Source: Eledone cirrhosa
Taxonomy: Eukaryota
Direction of reading: 5' to 3'
NCBI GenBank assembly: GCA_964016885.1
Contig: OZ024742.1
Span: 235,228,001-235,292,000, forward strand
DNA: 64,000 bases
Shown here: positions 55,359 through 64,000 of the stretch, in pieces
Position numbering within the stretch: position 1 is the first letter of the stretch
Layout of the letters: the number at the start of each line of letters is the position of its first letter
The notes under the pieces: model-generated
Told to the model about the DNA's origin: nothing
The model's database searches: none
What the model saw: only the letters and a program-made list of their open reading frames with translations
Position numbers and translations under genes: made by a program

Positions 55359-56715
55359 TATATATAAATCTACATACATACGTACATATATACATACATT
55401 TACCTATGTATATAGCTATGCATTTATACATTTGTATATATACATGCATTTATATTTAAGTGTGTAAGGATGTTGACATGATTTATGATTTTTTGGTAAG
55501 GAGAGAATTTTGTCTCCAGATTTTATTACCTAGGGAGATTAAATACCACAGCTCTGGCTGAAAGCTGACCAGATTCTCAACCTCATCAAACACCAACGCT
55601 GGCCTGTGTATGTATATATGTGTGTGTATGTATGTATGTACGTATGCATGTGTGTGTATGATTGTATGTATGTATATGTATACACCCACACCTTTCATCC
55701 CCATTGCTTCTTTTTCTTGTCGTTTTTGTTGTTCTTGTTACTGTTGTCAAAGTTGTCCTTATTTTCATTTTCTTTGATTTCTTTCGTTTTTCTTTTATCT
55801 ACCTAGGGAATTCGTTGATTAGCTTCTTTTATTTATTTTCTTCGTTTTCTTCATTCAAATGCATTCACACTGGCTGTCTCAGAGACGTACTTATAAAACT
55901 TACCAAAGTAAAGGGGCTTCCTTGGATGGGGGGGGGGGGGGGGGGGGCATATGCCCCCCCCCCCCTCCGTTGAGAACCATTGGCTTAGAGAGTCCAGCAG
56001 AGACCACGAAGCAGCGGTCCGTGAGAGAATAACGATGTGAAACATTCGCTTCCTACAGACCCCTTGGGGTCTACAGACTTCTACAGACCTTTTACTTTTT
56101 CTTTCTCCTGGTTTTACTGGCTCTCACCTTCTTGGTCACAGGCTATAGCAGCAGAGATTGAGATAACACAAACTAGAGAACGTTCTACTAACACTAAGAA
56201 TATGTCTTCATGAATACAGTTTTCTATCTACTATTCTCTCGCAACTACCAAGCTCGGCAGATTGACAAACTACAGGAACACACATACAGAGTGGGTTTGC
56301 TTATATTTTCCCTACTACACTTTATCTATTCTTTCGTCTTCCTATCATTTCACTTCTATTATATCGTTTTATTGATACATGCATACACGTTAGCTCGAAG
56401 TAGCTAGTAAGAAAATAATTATTTCTACTTTTGGCACAAGGCCAGCAATTACTCGATATTCAATGTACCAACAAGTGAATTTTGTGGAAAAGATTTCAAA
56501 TTGTCTTGACAATTGTCTTAACTCGGGCCGCAACTCATGGTGTCTGATACTCTCAATGGCTAAATAGCCTGGGAGTCTATTTTACCAGGACCGGTTACAT
56601 AGCCTCTTCCAAAATAATTAGAAAGCAATATCTGAATATATTATGAAGGCAGAGAGAGAGAATTCAATCACGACCAGGACTACTACCACGGACTGTAACC
56701 ACCAACAAACATTAT

Positions 56716-56910
56716 CTGGGAGGGTCGGTGGATTGGCGGTATCAGTAGAGGGTCGGACGCCATGCTTTCCAGCATAGTTACGTCCCTTTACGATCTGAGT
56801 TCAAATCCCGCCAAGGTTGACTTTGCCTTTCATCCTTACGGGGTCGATAAAATAAAGTACCAGTAATGAACTGGGTAATTGCTGGCCGTGTGCCTAAAGT
56901 AGAAACAATT
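56716..56910 (+). mobile_element. tRNA-derived SINE
   Basis: Same family as 12811. Confidence 0.85.
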
Positions 56911-57170
56911 ATGAAGGCAGGCGGCGCACAGTAAATAAAGACAGTTTTAGACAGGGGACATAAACACTAGTACACCGTTAAAATTTACTCACCGTACAAA
57001 GTTGGGTAGACTTTTTTTTACCGAAACACACTATAACTAAACTTAAAAGAAGATGACTTTGAACAATAATTAAAATGTTTTACCAACATAGAAAACAAAG
57101 CTATTCCATTTTCGTTTAAAACTTCTAACCAGATTAGGAAAAAAAAAACCACGTTAATTATAAACAACTA

Positions 57171-57247
<77 letters not shown>

Positions 57248-57495
57248 TAGATAGATATGTTTCTTTATTAGCCACAGGGGCACAAAAGAAGGGGACAAAT
57301 ACAAAGGGGGAATTTTACATGCAATAAAAACGTGTAAAATGTTATCACAAATGCAATTTAAAAAGTTAGTCGATTTTCCCCAATAGGGGGAGACATTACA
57401 TATGGGTAACACATACCCCGAAAAAATGTGCAACCCTCATCTCCAGGAGTACGAAGAGTTTGTACTCCTTTCCTCTCCTCTTCCTTTTCCTCAAC

Positions 57496-57872
57496 CTACA
57501 GGCTGATATAGAGAGAAGGCCCATTCACTCGGGCCATTCTCGCCACTTTCACCCACCTTTCATAAAACTTGCTGGGGTACAGCACCTCTCTCTCCATCCT
57601 GATTCTTCTTCCAAAGTGGTATTTGAAAAAAAGAATCAGTTGTTGGCCGGAGAGAAAGGTGTCTGACCTCAGCCCTTTCAACCTTGTCCACCATACAACC
57701 TCTTTTGCCATAGCTATCACACAAAGGAAAACCGCCTCTCCTTCGTTTTTGAAGGAGGGTGGCGGTTTGATCATGACAATGGACTCGATGGTCAACCGGA
57801 TTGGTCCCACCCGCGACAATAGTCGTTCTACATAGCCCCACAGGTCAGTGACGCCCGGGCAGTGTATGAATG
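57496..57872 (-). pseudogene. Tx1-like ORF2 C-terminus
   Basis: Near-identical to the end of ORF 63668-63141. Confidence 0.85.
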
Positions 57873-57959
57873 TGTAGCAGGAATTGCCTCCCTTGTTGTG
57901 ACACTCACAACCCCAATAGACAGGAAGTAGAACCCTTTCTGTAATTTCCGGTCAGAAAC

Positions 57960-59696
57960 CTACGGTCTTTGCTTGACCCAGGACTGCAGCTCGGTCAGCG
58001 AGACGAGTCGTGGGAAGGCTCGCCTCACGAACGGGCCCCACACCGGTTGTTCGGTGAGGAATACGTAGAGATGCCGCAGCCTGAGCACGTGTTTGCGCAT
58101 CGTCAACCACGGCATCCCCAGCCCTCCGTTAGAACGGTGTTGGCAGCAGATGGATCTTCTCACCAAAGGAGCCCGCCTCTTCCAAAGGAATTGGAAGAGC
58201 GCGCGCTCCATTTTGGCGAGCGTTTTGGCTGGACAAGGCACGACGGTCAAGCGGTAGTAGATGGCGGACGCTATAAAAGTGTTCGCCACCTCCGCTCGAC
58301 CTTTCAAGGATAGTTTGCACTCGGCCCACTTCTGGGTGAGTGCAAACACCTTGGCCGTCACTTCGTTCCAGTTCTTCTCCACCTGGAGGTCCGGACCAAA
58401 CCAGACCCCGAGCAGCTTTACCGGTCCTTCCGTCCAGCGTCCGACGACGCCATCGGAAGGCATCGGTTTGCCTCTCCACGATCCGAGTTGCAAACCGATG
58501 GACTTGTCCCGGTTCAGCTTCGCTCCTGTGAAACTTTCGTATTCCTTCAGTAAGGTGCCGACTTCCTCGATTTGCGAGGCGCTCGACACCATTACTGTCA
58601 CGTCGTCGGCGTAGGCCGACGCCGCTTTCCGCAGTCCCGGTTCCAGAGGGATGCCCTGCAATAGCTCCAACTTCCGCAGTAGTGGCTCGAGAGTCAGTAC
58701 GTACAGAAGGGAGGAGAGAGGGCATCCCTGTCGAATAGATCGCGTAATATGGAACGGCTCCGAGAGGTAGCCGTTCACCTTGACCCTTGAGTAGATGTTG
58801 CTGTTGTGCATTGCAGCAATCCAGCCCCTGAACACGGGTCCGAAGCCTGCCGCCTCGAGCACCGCATCCAGGTAACGATGGTCAACCCTATCGAAAGCCT
58901 TAGACTGATCCAAGTTGATCAGGAGGGCCCCACCAAAGCCGGGTTTACACCCTACCCTCTCTATGATGTATCGCATGAGGTGGAGGTTGTCGTGTATGGA
59001 CCTGGTCGGGATTGCGCATGTCTGCGCTTCTCCCACCAGGTTCTCGACGACAAGCGCCAGCCTCTTTGCCAACACCTTGGCCAAAATCTGTAACTCTGTG
59101 TTTAGCAGAGTTATGGGCCGGAAGTTTCCTATGTCACCCCCCTTATTCTCGTCCTTCCTGATTAGTGTGACTACGCCCCCGGTTACAGAACTGGGAATTC
59201 TCCCGTTCTGTTGCCAGTTGCAGTAGACCGCTTCCAGGAGACCGGAGAATAAGACCGGCATTGCTACGTAAAATTCGTAGGGTAGACCGTCGAGACATGG
59301 AGATTTGCGTTTTCCGCATTGGCTCAGCGCGTCCCCTATCTCAGCCGCTGAAATCGGCTTTTCGCAGAACTTTGCCTCGCTGTCCGAGAGTCGCGGTAGG
59401 CCGTTGAGGTATGGACCGAAATTCATAGCCCCTCCCGGCGCGCCGCCCCGCCCGAAAAGTTGAGCAAAGTGCCGCTGAAAGGCCGCACACATCTGCTTCG
59501 GCTCACGTATCACGCGTCCGTTTTGGTCCTTCAAAGACCGAATCGTGGACTTGTTGCCACTTTTTGCCTCCGTCACTCGGGCCCAGCTAACAGCTTTGGC
59601 TTCCTCGTTTCCCAGAGCACGTATTCTGCTTCTGACAACGCAGCCCTCGTGCTTTGCGTCGAAGAACTGGTCCAAGGCCGTTCTCGTTGCTAGCAC
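57960..59696 (-). pseudogene. Tx1-like ORF2, reverse transcriptase domain
   Basis: KSPCLDGLPYEFY, NFRPITLLN, LDQSKAFDRVDH, IRQGCPLS, YADD, KLLGVWF and GGLG. Confidence 0.93.
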
Positions 59697-59863
59697 GCTG
59701 GCTACGTTGCCACTTCTAATTGCCTCTTCTACTTTATCTACCAGTTCCTTCTCGGTTCTATTTCTATCTCACGCTAATTCTTTACTAAAAACTAACGAGT
59801 CTAATTTAACTGCCCTCTTGAGAGAGTACCACCATCTGTTGTTGACAATGGCCCTGTCAAGTG

Positions 59864-60697
59864 CTATTTAACTAAAGTGTTAATCCGTCTACTGTAGGCT
59901 TTGCTTGTCGGTAACGACAAGTTCAGCTTCCAGTAGCCGGGTCCTTGTCTATGGGTTCTATCAAGGTTGGTCATGCAGGTCACTAGTTTGTGATCTGAAT
60001 AGGCAACCATGAACATTTGTGGACAGCTTAACATGTCCCTATCCTTATTTCTAACTAGAACCCTATCTAGGTACGATCTAGATGTTCCGCTACGATTACT
60101 CCACGTCCACAGTGGCGCAGTCGGAAAATCTAGTCGATATCTATCGGCCAGATCAAATCGGTCGATTAACTGTTTGAGGCTGTTACACCCCCCTTTATCG
60201 GGACATGCTCCCACATAGTCCCAACGTGCATCTAGGATTTCATTCCAGTCCCCCACTAAAAGCAAGGAGCGGGACGTTCCCAGAAAAGTCTCTAGACGTT
60301 TGAAGAAGTCTGGCCGCGGTGTCCCGGATGGGGCATATGCGGCCACCAGCCTGAAGGCTCCACCTTCAACGTCTAGGACCACCAGTCGACTCTCCGGGTC
60401 CAGATGTACCGTCTGTGTTACGAGGCCCAGGTGTTTCCGCAGCAAAACGGCAACTCCGCCCCACCCCCCCAGTTGACAGAGAGATGCGTAGATCTCAAAG
60501 TCATCGAAGATGGGGGCCAGCTGTCGCTCGCTGTGGATCCTGGACTCGCAAATGGCTACCACATCCATACTGTGCGACCTGAGGGCGTTTAAGAGTTTGC
60601 CCTGTTTCCAGGGCATCCCAGGCCGCGTACGTTCACACATCCAACTCTTATATTGGCCATGTTGGTGCTGAAAAGTTAAAAGAGGAAAAGAGATCAC
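59864..60697 (-). pseudogene. Tx1-like ORF2, AP endonuclease domain
   Basis: DVVAICES, GGVAVL, YAP, GDWN, WTW..., SYLDRVL, SDHKLV and GPGYWKLN. Confidence 0.9.
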
Positions 60698-62710
60698 TCA
60701 CCCTTCGTCTCCTTGGGACCAGGCTGCACGATTTCCATGGGGGTGTTGGAGGGGTTGTCTGGGTGGGTGGTGGTTTCCGGCGGGGTGGGGACGGAGATGT
60801 TTGGTGGGGTGGGGTCTGGTGGGATGGGGGTGTCTGTGGTGGGGAGACATTTGAGAAGGACGCGGTTAAGTGGTTTCACGCAGGAATTCCCCACATCCTT
60901 CTCAAATGTTTCTTTTAGGGACCTATAAGTTTGTATAGGGACCCTAATCAGTTTTAGGTTCAGTTTTTTGTTATTTTTAATGGAGTGGGCGAAAGTTTTC
61001 CCTTCGGTGAAAACCGAAGGGTTGTTCGTGATGGTCTCCATTAGTGTTTTGTTTTCAGTGTTTATGTAAGTGTAAGTGTAATTTTCTTGTGTTGTGTTTG
61101 TTTTTGTCTGTAGTTCTTGTGTGTGCTTTCGTTTTGTTGTAGGTATTTTGTTTTCAGGAGGTGGGGGTTTTGTTTGTGATGTTTTTGTTGTTTGTGTTGG
61201 TGGTTGTATGTTTGTGGTAGTGTTTGCTGTTTTTTTTTGGTTTTGTGGTGTCTTTTCTTTCTTTTCGAGCGATGGGGTTCTCCCTCGCCTTCACAGGGTG
61301 ATGGCGAGATAGCCTCATCTGTTGTATCGTCTGTGTGATTGGGAAGGGGTATGTCTTGGGGAGCTGTTGTGTCTGTATGTGATTTTGCAGTGGTTTTAGG
61401 TGGAGTGGGGTTGGGTGGGACTGTGTTTGTTGTGGTTATTTTTGTGTGTTGGTGTTGTTGTTGTTGTTGTGGTGGTGTTGGTGGTTGTGTTGTTTTGATG
61501 GGTGTCGGCAGAAGAGCCTTTTTTTGACTCATTAATTTAGGACAGCAAGCCCTCAGGTGACCCCTGCTAAAGCAATGGTAACATGAAGGCCGCCTACCCT
61601 CAACCGAAAAGTTTATGTAGGTGAGTCCGTCCAGGAGTACATGTTGTGGGATCATAGCTATTCGCTCTGGGCTCATTTGCACCAGAACTTCAATGCTAGT
61701 CCCATTAAATACATCTCTGGGGGACTTTCCTACTGACAGTATTCTGTCTTCATCAAAATTGATGAAGCCGCACAGTATCCACCATATGTTCACCTTTGGT
61801 TTGACACTCGTGATTTTAATCTTTTGTGTCCTTTTTCCCATGTATGTAGGGAAAAAGGTATACAGGTTGGATACAATTGGCGACACAGAGTAATTTTGGG
61901 CCGTCAATTGATCCTTCATGAGTACCGAAATATTCCCAAAAAGTTTGCTTCTTTGAATGAATGCAATATCATTCATTGAATTTTTGAAAACCAGTCCAAT
62001 TGTCACAGAAAGAAATTGATTTCTTTCTGTGACAATTGGACTGGTTTTCGGGTAGAATTGGAAACTGTCCTAAAAACTATCGTTTTGAGAGCAGTTTCCT
62101 TGCGAATTTCTACCGGAGAATTGATGCTGAAAGCACCATTTTTTTCGAAAGTGACATATCTCCTAGCGTCCTTTAAAAGTTGTTCGGCATTTGTTATGTC
62201 GAGATATGTCAGTTCCTCCCTTTTTTTGAACTGTCTGTGCAAAGGAGATTTTTGGTTTCTTTGTGGAATTATCCGTGTTGGTGGTGTTGTCATTATTGTT
62301 GTTATTGTTGTTGTTATTCTTGTTGTCACTGATGTTGATATTATTCGTATTTTCCTTGGTGTTGGTGTTGGTGTTGTTGTTGTCTTTGATGCTGGTGTTA
62401 TTGGTGTTGTCTTTATTTTTTCTTTGTTGTTGTTGTCATTGTTGTTTTTATCATCATTATTGGTGTTGTTGTTATTTTTGTTGTCATTGAACTGTTTGGT
62501 GTCATTTGTGTTGTTTGGATATGAATTTGTTTTTACATTTTCATTTCGTCTTTCCATCTCCATAGTATCTAGGGAAGAAGACGATGTTGACTGCGAGCTA
62601 TGTAGTCTTACCGACTCTCCACCACCATTATCGTTGAACGCAGCGTTCATAACGTAATCAAACTTCTTACGATATTTTTTCCAAAATTCGATGGAGAAAA
62701 AATTTTTCAA
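60694..62710 (-). pseudogene. Tx1-like ORF1 (gag-like, CCHC knuckle), broken into three frames
   Basis: ORFs 62710-62003, 62006-61062 (VEGRRPSCYHCFSRGHLRACC = CX2CX4HX4C) and 61041-60694; low-complexity N/T/P/Q tracts. Confidence 0.75.
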
Positions 62711-62902
62711 ACGAATATTTCGCCTCTGTAGGGGCGAAAATGAGTTGACCCACCACCTGAAGGTACAGACGGGGGGCCAAGTTACACAATAATATAAAAT
62801 TTAACTGAAAACTCACGTTTTTTTTCTTACATAAAATAACGGAAACTTCTCCGCGAAGTTACACACGTCTGGTAGATAGATAGATAGATAGATAGATAGA
62901 TA

Positions 62903-63910
62903 TGTTTCTTTATTAGCCACAGGGGCACAAAAGAAGGGGACAAATACAAAGCGGGAATTTTACATGCAATAAAAACGTGTAAAATGTTATCACAAATGCA
63001 ATTTAAAAAGTTAGTCGATTTTCCCCAATAGGGGGAGACAGTTCATATGGGTAACACATACCCCGAAAAAATGTGCAACCCTCAACTCCAGAAGTACGAA
63101 GAGTTTGTACTCCTTTCCTCTCCTCCTCCTTTTCCTCAACCTACAGGCTGATATAGAGTGAAGGCCCATTTACTCGGGCCATTCTCGCCACTTTCACCCA
63201 CCTTTCATAAAACTTGCTGGGGTGCAGCACCTCTCTCTCCATCCTGATTCTTCTTCCAAAGTGGTATTTGAAAAAAAGAACCAGTTGTTGGCCGGAGAGA
63301 AAGGTGTCTGACCTCAGCCCTTTCAACCTTGTCCACCATACAACCTCTTTCGCCATAGCTATCACACAAAGGAAAACCGCCTCTCCTTCGTTTTTGAAGG
63401 AGGGTGGCGGTTTGATCATGACAATGGACTCGGTGGTCAACCGGATTGGTCCTACCCGCGACAATAGTCGTTCTACATAGCCCCACAGGTCAGTGACGCC
63501 CGGGCAGTGTATGAATGCGAGCGCGACGGTTTCTTCGTTACGCACGCACCTCGGACAGATCTTTTTTGCAGGGTCACTGCCCGGGCGCCCATGTCTGTAG
63601 AGCTTGTCTCGAACTGGTAGAGCTCCTCGGTAGCACTGCCAGGCCAAGGACTTTTGGAAGTTGTCCATCGGTCCCGGATGGAAGGTCCTACCGAACAGAC
63701 TGGCCAGTTCATCTTCCTCTACGCCTAGAGTTTCACCGAGCGCGTCGTCCCCCTGCTGCGGATCAACCCTCTATAGAATGACGAAGTGGAGTCTCCACTG
63801 ATCGCCGGGTCCGCCTGCCAGAGGGCTGTGAGCGCCTGAGCACATTCGGTGTGCCAGTCGCCTATTTTCCTCGGTCTTTGCTTGACCCAGGACTGCAGCT
63901 CGGTCAGCGA
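62903..63910 (-). mobile_element. 5'-truncated Tx1-like copy B (zinc-finger C-terminus plus 3'UTR)
   Basis: Near-identical to the 3' end of copy A; ORF 63668-63141 has ALPVRDKL...CPRC...EET...HC; bounded by (GATA)n on both sides. Confidence 0.92.
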
Positions 63911-63913
63911 CTC

Positions 63914-63964
<51 letters not shown>

Positions 63965-63965
<1 letters not shown>

Positions 63966-64000
63966 TTCTTTATTTACCATAAAGGCATAAAAAGAAGGGA
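63965..64000 (-). mobile_element. 3' end of a third, diverged Tx1-like copy C (runs off the window)
   Basis: tttctttatttaccataaaggcataaaaagaaggga resembles tttctttattagccacaggggcacaaaagaagggga, again directly after (GATA)n. Confidence 0.7.

Larger units (their letters stand above)
57258..62870 (-). mobile_element. Near full-length Tx1/L1-clade non-LTR retrotransposon (copy A)
   Basis: ORF1 with zinc knuckle and ORF2 with APE and RT; 3' AATAAAGAAACA abuts (TATC)n; flanked by a 12-bp direct repeat ggtagatagata at 57246-57257 and 62871-62882. Confidence 0.93.

Noticed and set aside
55928-55964. G-run/catatg/C-run palindrome
   Set aside because: Homopolymer-based, common at DNA-transposon ends and prone to sequencing error; no supporting element was identified.
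62016-62657. 213-aa hydrophobic ORF on the + strand
   Set aside because: Antisense shadow of the low-complexity (AAC/AAT-rich) Tx1 ORF1.

Overview
Eukaryotic, repeat-rich animal DNA. The SINE/LINE families and dense (TA)n tracts look cephalopod/octopus-like, which is inference. The left half holds one complete protein-coding gene, AHSA1 (Hsp90 ATPase activator Aha1), on the - strand. It has 9 GT-AG exons from 30580 to 2, totalling 1026 nt (341 aa), with heat-shock elements and an ETS-CRE motif near exon 1. Its introns carry RTE LINE fragments, SINEs, a mariner relic and a Tigger relic. Divergent from AHSA1 lie a CRE-clade LINE relic, a fold-back element holding two orphan histone-type stem-loops, and an intronless, frameshifted ANKRD27/VARP-like VPS9 pseudogene. 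The right half is mostly transposon remains: CR1, RTE with a PHD-like finger, and two Penelope-like clades (Neptune-like and Naiad-like) with hammerhead ribozyme motifs. At the end is a head-to-tail array of three Tx1/L1-like elements that lack poly(A) tails and all sit in a (TATC)n microsatellite, suggesting microsatellite-specific targeting.
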